32,373 bases of DNA from a virus: IMG/VR virus record IMGVR_UViG_3300025480_000181. The stretch is one strand, 5' to 3'. Position 1 is the stretch's first letter, and the number at the start of each line of letters is the position of its first letter. The notes beneath the pieces are model-generated. The model saw nothing but the letters and a program-made list of their open reading frames with translations. It searched no databases and was not told the origin of the DNA. Below are positions 8,824 through 17,247 of this stretch, piece after piece. Made by a program: the position numbers and the translations under genes.

Positions 8824-10035
8824 ATGAGCGCACAGGTCGGCGGAGTACTAACGGCGGTCGGAGCTATCGGGCTCGTTATCGGGATTCTCGGAGCGTTCGG
8901 TATCGTTCCCGGTCTCGCGGTAACCTGCGTCTCGAACTGCGGTACCGGGATTACTCCCTCGTTCTCGGTATCCCAGAACGGGTATGCGATTTACCTGAAC
9001 GATACGTCCCACTGGGCGAACTCGGCCGATAGGAACGGCTACCTGACGTTAAGCGTCAATTGGGGCGATAGTACGCCGGCCTCGGCCTTTACGCCCCCGA
9101 ATAACCAGCTCCCTATCTCGCACATGTTCGAGCACGTCTACGTCGCGGCCGGGACCTATACGGTAGCAGAGACTATCGCGCACGAACAATGCGCCGGCGG
9201 GCGGGGCGGCGTCCACTGCAAGACGACCGATATCGTCGCGCAGGGTCAGTTCGCCATCTCGGGCATCGGGGGGCAGAACAAGTACGTCCCGGGCTTTACC
9301 TATACGACTGCGACGGGGAACGTCGTTAACGTTAAGGATACCTCGACGACCTACGGCTCCCCGACCCTGACCTCGATTAAGTTCGTCTGGGGCGACGGGT
9401 CTACGAACAGCCCGACGGCGCTCGGGTTCTCCCTCTCGCATACCTACGCCGCCGCCGGGAACTATACCGCTACGGAGACGATATCGTGGACCTACGTCGG
9501 CGAGCCCTTCTCGGCGCCGTTCTCGACTACGATACCGGTAGGCTGCTCCAGTTGTACGAACGTAGTGACCGTTAACGTAGACTTTTCGACGAGCTTCGTA
9601 AACTACACGCTGGCGGTAAAGGATACCTCGACGACCGTCGGCTCTCCGACGGTTACGGGTCTAGCGCTCGCTTGGGGCGACGGCCAGACGGGTTCGGCGA
9701 AGGCGCTCGGGGCTAACTTTACCCATACCTACTCGACGTACGGGAACTACTCGCTTACCGAGACCGTATCGTGGACCTACTCGGGGAACTCGTACTCGGC
9801 GACCTCGAACGCTACGGTATCGCTCCCCTGCTTCGGGACTTGCGGAACGAAGACGAACACGACGACGAACTCGACCTTCTCGTTCAACCTCGTAACGGGA
9901 GTCCTTATCGTCGGGTTCGGAACGCTCGCCCTCCTCGGGTTCCTCGTAATGCGGTTCCCGGTCTACGGAACGGTCATCATCCTCGTCATGTTCGCGCTCG
10001 GCGGGGCCATCGGCTACGTAGTCGGGGGTCTCTAG
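8824..10035 (+). CDS. Membrane-anchored protein with three PKD repeats
   Basis: Three W-G-D-[GS]...H-x-Y...G-x-Y-[TS]-x-x-E-T motifs. N-terminal TM, two C-terminal TMs. Confidence 0.85.
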   Translation: MSAQVGGVLTAVGAIGLVIGILGAFGIVPGLAVTCVSNCGTGITPSFSVSQNGYAIYLNDTSHWANSADRNGYLTLSVNWGDSTPASAFTPPNNQLPISHMFEHVYVAAGTYTVAETIAHEQCAGGRGGVHCKTTDIVAQGQFAISGIGGQNKYVPGFTYTTATGNVVNVKDTSTTYGSPTLTSIKFVWGDGSTNSPTALGFSLSHTYAAAGNYTATETISWTYVGEPFSAPFSTTIPVGCSSCTNVVTVNVDFSTSFVNYTLAVKDTSTTVGSPTVTGLALAWGDGQTGSAKALGANFTHTYSTYGNYSLTETVSWTYSGNSYSATSNATVSLPCFGTCGTKTNTTTNSTFSFNLVTGVLIVGFGTLALLGFLVMRFPVYGTVIILVMFALGGAIGYVVGGL

Positions 10036-10064
10036 GGACGCTCTAAGGGAAAGGAGGAAAGAAG

Positions 10065-11063
10065 ATGAATCAGTGGTCGGGAATCCTAGCGGTAATCGGG
10101 GTCGTCGGGCTCCTCGTCGGAATCTTCGGGGCTATCGGGACGATTCCCGGCCTCGCAGTAACCTGCCCGACGACCGCTATCGTAGGGGGTAGCACGGCGT
10201 TACCCCGCTGCGGCGGTACTCCCGAGATTACGGCGTACCTTACGGTCGCCCCGGGAACGACCGGCGCGAACGTTACCATCTCGGGGGCCTACTACCCCTC
10301 GGGGATGACGCAACCCGTCGTCTCGTTAAGTATCGATAGCGCGTCGGTCGCGCTCACCGCGACTACGAAGGTAAACTCGGTAGACGCCTATACGAATGGG
10401 CCCGCGTTCTACACGCTCTCACCGGGGAACCATACCGCAAAGGCGACCGCTACGTCTTCGTATCTCGGAACGAAGTACTCGGCTACGAGCGAGTCTATCG
10501 CGTTCATCGTCGGGTCGAACTCGCGGTGCCAGATAAACTGCAATACGACGAAGTGGTCGATTACCCCCGCGTTCAAGTATACCTCGACCTCGGCCGGGGT
10601 CCTTACGGTAATCGATACCTCTACAGTAAGCGGCGTTACCGGGGTCACGTTCGCTTGGACCTTCGGGGACGGCAGTACCGGCTCGGGTTCGAATGCGACC
10701 CATACCTACGCCGCGAGCGGGGGCTATACGGTAACGGATAAGGTTACCGGAACGACGTACCTCGGGGTAGCTACGGCGAGCGCAAGCCACGTCGTGAACA
10801 TTACGGTAGGGACGACGACTCCGAACAATCAGACCTGCGGAACCCCGACGACGCCGATATGCGTCTCGACGGGTCCTCCTCCGCCAGCTCCGTCGGTTGA
10901 GCCGTTTAACGCCGCGACGGGCCTGCTGATTATCGGCTTCGGCGGGCTCTTCGTAGCGGCGATTATCCCGGGGAACCCGGAATGGCGGGCTATCCTCGCT
11001 ATCGTCGCGCTCGTCGTCGGCTTCGGGGCAGGGTACTTCGTCGGAGGACTCGGCCCGCTCTAG
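10065..11063 (+). CDS. Membrane-anchored PKD-domain protein, paralogue of 8824..10035
   Basis: FAWTFGDGSTGSGSNATHTYAASGGYTV. Shares N-terminal PGLAVTC and C-terminal FN..TG.LI.GFG with 8824..10035. Confidence 0.85.
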   Translation: MNQWSGILAVIGVVGLLVGIFGAIGTIPGLAVTCPTTAIVGGSTALPRCGGTPEITAYLTVAPGTTGANVTISGAYYPSGMTQPVVSLSIDSASVALTATTKVNSVDAYTNGPAFYTLSPGNHTAKATATSSYLGTKYSATSESIAFIVGSNSRCQINCNTTKWSITPAFKYTSTSAGVLTVIDTSTVSGVTGVTFAWTFGDGSTGSGSNATHTYAASGGYTVTDKVTGTTYLGVATASASHVVNITVGTTTPNNQTCGTPTTPICVSTGPPPPAPSVEPFNAATGLLIIGFGGLFVAAIIPGNPEWRAILAIVALVVGFGAGYFVGGLGPL

Positions 11064-11121
11064 GGCGGCCTGAAGGAAAGGAGAAAGGGGAGGAACCCGA
11101 GCGGAGGGGGAGGGAGCGAAG

Positions 11122-11538
11122 ATGTTCACCCCGGAGGACGCCTACGGGAAAGGCCCATACGAAATCTGGTACCTACCTCGGTACCGCCCGACGGGGCCCG
11201 GCCACGACCTCTCCCACCCTGAGATGCGCGCGGCGTTCGGGACGAACTCGAAGTACTTCCGTGAGAACCCTATTACCGTCGAGGAGGTCGAGCATACCTA
11301 CGCCCGGATGGGCTCGATAGCCGCGACCGGCCTCGAGGACGTCTGGGCGAAGATGCAGGGCGAGAACTGGGGGCGGGGCGAGGAGTCGAACGCCTTCCTC
11401 CGGAAGGTCGGTACGGGCCATACCTCGATGATGATGGGCGACGTTATCCAGCACGGAGGGAAGTGGTTCATCGCCGACGAGGTCGGCTTTACCGAGATTG
11501 ACCGAGCCCCCTCGGGCCGCGGCCTACGGAGGGAGTAG
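11122..11538 (+). CDS. YodL-like domain protein
   Basis: LEDVWAKMQ...GHTSMMMGDVI..GGKWFIADEVGFTEI matches the YodL pattern LE.IF..FN...HS.SV.DV....G......D..GF. Confidence 0.65.
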   Translation: MFTPEDAYGKGPYEIWYLPRYRPTGPGHDLSHPEMRAAFGTNSKYFRENPITVEEVEHTYARMGSIAATGLEDVWAKMQGENWGRGEESNAFLRKVGTGHTSMMMGDVIQHGGKWFIADEVGFTEIDRAPSGRGLRRE

Positions 11539-11934
11539 ATGCCGCGGTCGAAGCGCCCGAAGTTCGAGCGCGCGGTCGATATCAATAACGGGTCGACTTG
11601 GATGGTTTGGGATAAGGGACCGTGGGGCGTAGACGTCGTAGACGGGACGCACTTCGCGGCGCAGGTCTTCTCCGAGGAAGGATATACCTCGGAGGAAGGA
11701 GACGAAGATACGGAGACCGAGGTCTTCCCGCGCACCCTCGGAGGATTGAAAGAGGCCGAGGACTTCCTAAGCAACAACGGGGGCCCGGACGATATTCACC
11801 TCGTCGATGTCGAGAAGGGCGTCGGCCGTCCCGAGGACCTTCGATACTACCGCGAGGACCGGCTAAAGGACGAGCGGCTATGGTCCGAGCGGATAGAGAA
11901 GGACCGGAAGCACGCCGACGTAAGGAGGGAGTAG
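11539..11934 (+). CDS. Hypothetical acidic protein (cassette)
   Basis: Exact junction on both sides. Confidence 0.8.
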   Translation: MPRSKRPKFERAVDINNGSTWMVWDKGPWGVDVVDGTHFAAQVFSEEGYTSEEGDEDTETEVFPRTLGGLKEAEDFLSNNGGPDDIHLVDVEKGVGRPEDLRYYREDRLKDERLWSERIEKDRKHADVRRE

Positions 11935-12396
11935 ATGCAGCCTATCTCGGAAGAGGACCGTCAGAGGCTAGCGATGGAAGACGCCGAGTCGGAGTCGACC
12001 GAGAACCTCGAGGCGGCGGCGACGGTTTACGACCGGCTTAAGCGAGAGAGTACCGGGACCCCGGCCCCTCGGCCCCGCCCCTCTCGCGCGGAAATCGTAA
12101 AGGTCCTCAACCGCCGCCTTCGGGAAGTCGGTCTAACGAATCTCTCGGCGCACGGCGCTCGCGGAACGGCGTGGGGCTGGATAGAGGTATCGCCGAAGCA
12201 TCGCGAGGGCGAGTCGTTCCGATACTTTACCCCGGAGGAGAGCGAGAAGCTCGGGAGAATCTACGGGCGAGCCCCGGGACTAACGAACGTCCTCTCGGAC
12301 GAGATAGACGATTGGGCGCTTAAGCTCGGGCTCCTCGCGCCCGAGGATTACCACGAGAGCCCGTGGCGGACGCTCGTACGGGAGAACCGAGACTAA
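11935..12396 (+). CDS. Hypothetical protein (cassette)
   Basis: Junction start. TAATG overlap at end. Confidence 0.75.
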   Translation: MQPISEEDRQRLAMEDAESESTENLEAAATVYDRLKRESTGTPAPRPRPSRAEIVKVLNRRLREVGLTNLSAHGARGTAWGWIEVSPKHREGESFRYFTPEESEKLGRIYGRAPGLTNVLSDEIDDWALKLGLLAPEDYHESPWRTLVRENRD

Positions 12397-12614
12397 TGAA
12401 GCGGTACGTAGTCCAACTCGAGACCATCTACGGCGACCGGGTCGTTGCTCTCGAAGGGAACGGGCCGAGGATTAGCGGTCGGGTCGAGGGTCATTCGACT
12501 GTCGCCGCGGCCTCTAAGGAGGCCGTTAAGCGAAGGCCCGCTCGCGTCTGGGACCGGAAGCTCCGCCGTCCGGTTACGTGGGCGAACGGCCGGACCCGGA
12601 TACGGAGGGAGTAG
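12396..12614 (+). CDS. Hypothetical microprotein (cassette)
   Basis: TAATG overlap start. Ends RRE*. Confidence 0.75.
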   Translation: MKRYVVQLETIYGDRVVALEGNGPRISGRVEGHSTVAAASKEAVKRRPARVWDRKLRRPVTWANGRTRIRRE

Positions 12615-13148
12615 ATGCCGTACGATGAGGACGAGCTAAACGAGATTCGCGAGAACGACGACCGCTCGTTCAAGCGGGAGGTCCGGCATGTCGAGGCCGA
12701 GGCCGCGTCGGAAGACCCCGCGCGTATCCGTACCTTCGACCGGCAGAAGGGAATCGTCGGCGACCTAAACCGGGCACTCAAGCGGGCGAAGCTCTACCCG
12801 ACGAAGAAGGAGTTCGAGCTTGGCTACTGGGCGGTTCAGAGCGGAGAGGAGGGAGGCTGGTCGACCGAGCCCCGCCCCGGGAACTCTAGGATAGTTCTCT
12901 GGCATCGGCTACCGAACGGTTGGGGCGACCCCCGCCGTCCTACGAGCGGCGGACTCTTCGGGGTCGCGACGCAGGACCTGGGCGGCTACCCGGTCGACGA
13001 AGAGAGCGCCTACCGGCTCATCCTGATTATCGACGGGCTCCGAGGGACGAGGAAGGAACGACTCGAACAGCTCGGGAACATTACGCTAGCTATCGGCTAC
13101 GCTCGGAACGAGGCGCTCGAAGCGGAAGACCGCCTACGGAGGAAGTAA
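12615..13148 (+). CDS. Hypothetical protein (cassette)
   Basis: Junction start. Ends RRK* (GGAGGAAGTAA). Confidence 0.78.
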   Translation: MPYDEDELNEIRENDDRSFKREVRHVEAEAASEDPARIRTFDRQKGIVGDLNRALKRAKLYPTKKEFELGYWAVQSGEEGGWSTEPRPGNSRIVLWHRLPNGWGDPRRPTSGGLFGVATQDLGGYPVDEESAYRLILIIDGLRGTRKERLEQLGNITLAIGYARNEALEAEDRLRRK

Positions 13149-13150
13149 CG

Positions 13151-13393
13151 ATGCCTCGGATGACGGCGCAGGAAGCCGCGACGAGCAACGTTAAGTGCGT
13201 TAACTGCGGCCACGCCGGGAAGTACCACGCGCAAGAGTCCCTCTACGGAGGACTACGCGGGAAGTGGCGCCAATGCCGTCACCGAGTTCCGAAGCGCCTC
13301 GCGCGCGTCGGGGTAGACGAGTGCGGTTGTACCGACTTCGAGCCGCCGATGACTAAGGGAGACCTCTTCCGGGCCCGGGTCAGGAGGGAGTAG
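13151..13393 (+). CDS. Cys/His-rich Zn-finger microprotein (cassette)
   Basis: CVNCGH..H..C..CGC. Ends RRE*. Confidence 0.75.
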   Translation: MPRMTAQEAATSNVKCVNCGHAGKYHAQESLYGGLRGKWRQCRHRVPKRLARVGVDECGCTDFEPPMTKGDLFRARVRRE

Positions 13394-13753
13394 ATGGGTT
13401 GGGAACTGCGGTACGACCGCGGAAAGGGATTCCGGTTCTTCTCGACGATTACGATGAGCTATATCTCCGGCTGGCTCAAGACGCCCGATAACGTAGGTCG
13501 GTTCGCCTACGAGACCGGGCTCGAGCACGCGCGGCGGCACCTCGCTACGGCCCCGAACGCCGGGGTCGTTAGGACTTCGACCGGCGGTCTCGGTCTCGGC
13601 TATTGGGGTCTCGGTTCCCCGCGTTCCGACCTCGACCGTACGCCCGAGGACTACGGTCGCTACCTCGCCCGCTATTGGTCGGCCGAGGCGAAGAAGGAAC
13701 TCAAGCGGGTCGGGAAGTATCCCGACCTGACTACCTACGGATGGAGGGAGTAG
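13394..13753 (+). CDS. Hypothetical protein (cassette)
   Basis: Exact junction on both sides. Ends WRE*. Confidence 0.8.
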   Translation: MGWELRYDRGKGFRFFSTITMSYISGWLKTPDNVGRFAYETGLEHARRHLATAPNAGVVRTSTGGLGLGYWGLGSPRSDLDRTPEDYGRYLARYWSAEAKKELKRVGKYPDLTTYGWRE

Positions 13754-13757
13754 ATGG

Positions 13758-13925
13758 ATGCCGACCCCTCGGTTCGTTCTGCTCGCAGTCGGGGTTATCC
13801 TCGACGTCTTCGGGTTCCTCCTCCTCTTTACGGCGTACCTCTCCGTACCGGTTCCCCAATGGGAGGTCGGAGCGGCGCTCCTCGCTATCGGGATAGTCCT
13901 CGATATCGCGGGGGTCTTAGCGTAG
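13758..13925 (+). CDS. 55-aa 2-TM membrane protein (absent from ORF track)
   Basis: Translated by hand: MPTPRFVLLAVGVILDVFGFLLLFTAYLSVPVPQWEVGAALLAIGIVLDIAGVLA*. Codon style matches the other membrane genes, unlike the overlapping 13754 frame. Confidence 0.7.
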   Translation: MPTPRFVLLAVGVILDVFGFLLLFTAYLSVPVPQWEVGAALLAIGIVLDIAGVLA

Positions 13926-13939
13926 GGGAGGAGACGTAG

Positions 13940-14281
13940 ATGCCGAGCGATAAGGTCGTAATCGAAATCGACGGGAAGGCGCTTATCGCCGCCCCCGACG
14001 GTCCGGTGTTTATCCGCGAGCGGGCGATACAAGAGATTCGCCTAACGAAGCGGTACGACGAGGAGGAGATGAAGTTCGTCGAGAAGGACTCGACCTTTAC
14101 CGCCTCCTGCGAGAACGCCTACCTAAAGGTCCGCGATGCGTGCTCGGGCCGAGAGTGGCACGAGGCGAAGGTCACCGATAAGGGGAAGACCCCGAGCCAC
14201 GCGCCGTACCGCTGGAGCGTCGCGATTCACTACGAGCGGCCGGGGACCCGTGGGATGTTCAACCGGCTAATGAAGGAGTAA
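13940..14281 (+). CDS. Hypothetical protein (cassette)
   Basis: TAG|ATG start. Ends MKE* (GAAGGAGTAA). Confidence 0.75.
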   Translation: MPSDKVVIEIDGKALIAAPDGPVFIRERAIQEIRLTKRYDEEEMKFVEKDSTFTASCENAYLKVRDACSGREWHEAKVTDKGKTPSHAPYRWSVAIHYERPGTRGMFNRLMKE

Positions 14282-14283
14282 CG

Positions 14284-14556
14284 ATGACGTACGTAGTTCA
14301 CGAAGAGTACCTCGCCCCGAACCCTCTCGGCCCGGGGGCCGACGCCGGGGGAGGAATCCCGAGGGGATACTTCCTCCTCTCGCGCGAGAAGTACTACGAG
14401 GACCACTCGGCCGCGATTCGTTCCGCGAAGCGGCGGGTACGGAATCCGAAGACCGAGCGGGTAACGATTACGCTCGTACCGAACCGGTCGGACCAACCGA
14501 GCCAGACGCTCTGGGCGTGGGAACGGAAGCGGACCTCGCCTATCGGGAGGGAGTAG
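14284..14556 (+). CDS. Hypothetical microprotein (cassette)
   Basis: Ends GRE* with exact motif. Confidence 0.75.
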   Translation: MTYVVHEEYLAPNPLGPGADAGGGIPRGYFLLSREKYYEDHSAAIRSAKRRVRNPKTERVTITLVPNRSDQPSQTLWAWERKRTSPIGRE

Positions 14557-14558
14557 CG

Positions 14559-14813
14559 ATGCCGCGACAGCCGTACCGGATGCGAAAGGCGGTCGAGAAG
14601 TTTACCCGGCCGAACCGGTACGACCCTTCTCTCCAGATGCCGATGGAGCGCCTCGAGTGCGGTCACGTAATCGCCGACCGGGACGTCCTCTATGGGAACG
14701 AGAAGTCCGTACAGGTCGGTATGGTCTTCCGGGCGGTTAGCGGCGAGAAGCCGCTCCGCCGATGCTACCAGTGCGGTCGGGAGGCCGAGACTTCGGTCGT
14801 CGGGAGGGAGTAA
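14559..14813 (+). CDS. Zn-ribbon-like microprotein (cassette)
   Basis: LECGH...RCYQC. Motif on both sides. Confidence 0.75.
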   Translation: MPRQPYRMRKAVEKFTRPNRYDPSLQMPMERLECGHVIADRDVLYGNEKSVQVGMVFRAVSGEKPLRRCYQCGREAETSVVGRE

Positions 14814-14817
14814 GAAA

Positions 14818-15096
14818 ATGACGTCGGTCGAATGGGTCTACTTTAAGAACAAGCCGGGGAACGCGGTCGAGATTACGGCGGAGATGGGGACCGTCTCGAT
14901 AGTTCGCTACGAGCATGGTATCGCCGAGGCTCCCTCGTGGAGGCTCGACGTAAACCCCGGAGGAGCCCGCGAGATTGGCCGCCTCCTTATCGAGGCGGCC
15001 GAGATGACGGGCTACGGGCAGACCGAGGAGCAGAAGGAACGGCACGAGGCCCGTCGAAAGCACCAGCAGCGAGCTTTCGAGGGACGGAGGGAGTAG
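14818..15096 (+). CDS. Hypothetical microprotein (cassette)
   Basis: ATG 14818 after motif. Ends RRE*. Confidence 0.78.
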   Translation: MTSVEWVYFKNKPGNAVEITAEMGTVSIVRYEHGIAEAPSWRLDVNPGGAREIGRLLIEAAEMTGYGQTEEQKERHEARRKHQQRAFEGRRE

Positions 15097-15324
15097 ATGG
15101 TCTTCGACCGGGTCGTCTCGGTAAAGCCTATCGAGCAGTATCGGAAGGAACTCCTCGACCTCTTTAAGGTCGAGGAAATCTTCGAGGTACGCCTCGGGGA
15201 GTATCACTCGACGAGCGAGACGATTCTTCAGCTTACCGGCGACGCGGCCCGTCAGCTCGCCGTACGCCTCGTAGCGAGGACGAACCCGGTCGAGAAGCGA
15301 CGAGACCTTTCGCGGAGGGAGTAG
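15097..15324 (+). CDS. Hypothetical microprotein (cassette)
   Basis: Exact junction on both sides. Confidence 0.78.
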   Translation: MVFDRVVSVKPIEQYRKELLDLFKVEEIFEVRLGEYHSTSETILQLTGDAARQLAVRLVARTNPVEKRRDLSRRE

Positions 15325-15326
15325 CA

Positions 15327-15554
15327 ATGGTCTCCGGTAGCCTCTACGTTCGGCGTAGCGAGGTCGTCGAGGCTCGCTTCCCGGACGACGAGCTATTCGT
15401 CTGGGTCCGGACCGCGATTGGGCAGGAGGTCGCTCTCCATATCCACGAGGACGCGCTCTCCTATATCTTCGAGAAGGCCGGACGGAACGGTCGCGATAAC
15501 GTTCGTAAGGCGCTCGAGCGCGCCGAGGGCGCGGTCGCCCCGAGGAGGGAGTAG
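15327..15554 (+). CDS. Hypothetical microprotein (cassette)
   Basis: Exact junction on both sides. Confidence 0.78.
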   Translation: MVSGSLYVRRSEVVEARFPDDELFVWVRTAIGQEVALHIHEDALSYIFEKAGRNGRDNVRKALERAEGAVAPRRE

Positions 15555-15803
15555 ATGACCGGTAGGCTCGTTTACGCCGTAGTCGTCCGGGGTACCGAAC
15601 GTTCCGAGAGCCCGTCTATCTTCGGGGTCTACTCGCATAGCTATCCCGCGGAGCAGGCCGCGGCGGAGCGGAACCGGCATGCGAGCAGCGGAATCGTTCA
15701 CGACGTCTTCGGTTATCGTCTCGTTAGCCCGAAGGTCGACTACCGGGGAACGAACGCCCGGGACGCCCGGGACGCGGCCGAGTTCGCGCTACGGGCGGAG
15801 TAG
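15555..15803 (+). CDS. Hypothetical microprotein (cassette)
   Basis: Junction start. Ends RAE*. Confidence 0.75.
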   Translation: MTGRLVYAVVVRGTERSESPSIFGVYSHSYPAEQAAAERNRHASSGIVHDVFGYRLVSPKVDYRGTNARDARDAAEFALRAE

Positions 15804-15814
15804 GGGGGAGAACG

Positions 15815-16051
15815 ATGCCCGAGGACTACCACGAAACCGCCGCCGAGGAGAAGCTAACCACGCCTCCGCCCCCTCCGGCGAAGCCGAAGGAGAAGTCCCT
15901 CGGCGACCAAATCTGGTCCGATATCCTCGGCTTCGGGAAGAGGGCCGGGTCGTACGCGAAGGACCGGTCGAAGAAGGCGAGCTACCATGCGAAGCGGACG
16001 GCGGGTAAGGTCGACGCGGAACTACGTCGTCGAAAGTTACTGGAGGAGTAA
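15815..16051 (+). CDS. Pro/Lys-rich microprotein
   Basis: TPPPPPAKPK. Ends LEE* (GGAGGAGTAA). Confidence 0.7.
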   Translation: MPEDYHETAAEEKLTTPPPPPAKPKEKSLGDQIWSDILGFGKRAGSYAKDRSKKASYHAKRTAGKVDAELRRRKLLEE

Positions 16052-16053
16052 CG

Positions 16054-16236
16054 ATGCCCGAAGAGTACCCCCTCCGCGTTAAGCTCGAGTGTCGGAAGTG
16101 CGGGCGCGAGGTTCACGTCGACGGACGATACGTCCGTCACCAGGGCGGCGCGGTCTCCTTCATAGTCCATAACACGGATAAGCCGTGCTACCTCTGTACC
16201 TCGGACGAGCGGGCGGACGCCGCTCGGAGGGAGTAG
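16054..16236 (+). CDS. Zn-ribbon microprotein (cassette)
   Basis: CRKC...CYLC. Ends RRE*. Confidence 0.78.
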   Translation: MPEEYPLRVKLECRKCGREVHVDGRYVRHQGGAVSFIVHNTDKPCYLCTSDERADAARRE

Positions 16237-16518
16237 ATGGTCGACCCGAGCGTCCTCCGGAAGGCCGAGAAGCGTCTCTCGGAAGAGACGCGCTATACCT
16301 TCTATCTCGGCCCGATACGCCGGAACCGGGTCGAGGTCGAGGTCTACGACCCGTCGTACCCGGACGCCGGTCGACGGGCCATCTTCTCCGTCCCCCTCTC
16401 GAAGCACGCCGGTCTTAAGGAGGTCGTCCGTCGCGTAAGCGCGGGGTTCGACCGTTACGGTTCTCTCCCTCCGGTTTATCGGGAGCCGAGCGCTCTCGGG
16501 GAGGCGGGGGAGGGATAA
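16237..16518 (+). CDS. Hypothetical protein (cassette)
   Basis: Junction start. Confidence 0.72.
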   Translation: MVDPSVLRKAEKRLSEETRYTFYLGPIRRNRVEVEVYDPSYPDAGRRAIFSVPLSKHAGLKEVVRRVSAGFDRYGSLPPVYREPSALGEAGEG

Positions 16519-16530
16519 GGAAAGAAGAAA

Positions 16531-17217
16531 ATGTCGGCAAAAGTATGGGTCGGAATCGGAGCCGCTATCGCCATCGTCGTACTGCTCTTCCTGACGATTT
16601 GCGCGCAGGGCGCGCCGTCGGCACCGACGGCCTCGACGGGAGCTACGCTAAACCCGTCGACGGCGCAGTCGGTTCAGGTCACCCTGAAGACGCAGTTCTA
16701 CTCGTTAGTCGCGCCGAATACGATTTACCAGATAGGCGCGAAGTTCATCTACTCGGTCGTCGAGACCGGCGGGGGCGGGAATCCGGTAATCCTCGCTACG
16801 AACCTTACCGCCTCGGCGACGTCTATCTCCGTCGGGTCGAATAACCTCTATACGATGATAGGGGCGTTCACGGTAACGACCGTCGCGGTCTGCTCGTCCC
16901 CGCTGACCTGCGGGACGGCGCCGGAGAACCTGACGATTACCGCGACGGCGGACGTCTCAACGTACCTCGCCTTCTGGACGAGCCCTACGTCGACTATCGT
17001 ATTCTCGAACGTCGCTACCTATACGAACGTTCCGGCGGTCGTCGCGCCGAACCCGAGTTCGTACTACCTCGAACTCTACCTCCCGATAACCGGGATTTTC
17101 TTCGTCGGGCTCCTAGCGTTTACGATAATGCGTCCGAACGACTACTCGGTCGTCTTGACCTTTATCGCGGGTATCGCTATCCCGGTCGAGTTCATCCTCT
17201 GGGCGTACGTGCTCTAA
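16531..17217 (+). CDS. Membrane-anchored surface protein
   Basis: N-terminal TM, Thr-rich beta domain with a Cys pair, two C-terminal TMs. Purine leader. Confidence 0.8.
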   Translation: MSAKVWVGIGAAIAIVVLLFLTICAQGAPSAPTASTGATLNPSTAQSVQVTLKTQFYSLVAPNTIYQIGAKFIYSVVETGGGGNPVILATNLTASATSISVGSNNLYTMIGAFTVTTVAVCSSPLTCGTAPENLTITATADVSTYLAFWTSPTSTIVFSNVATYTNVPAVVAPNPSSYYLELYLPITGIFFVGLLAFTIMRPNDYSVVLTFIAGIAIPVEFILWAYVL

Positions 17218-17247
17218 GGGAGTAACCGAGAGAAGAAGGGGAAGAAA

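Noticed and set aside
13754-13939. 61-aa ORF MDADPS... as the real gene
   Set aside because: Low-complexity product; the +1 frame 13758..13925 gives a coherent 2-TM protein with typical codons. Kept only as a finding.
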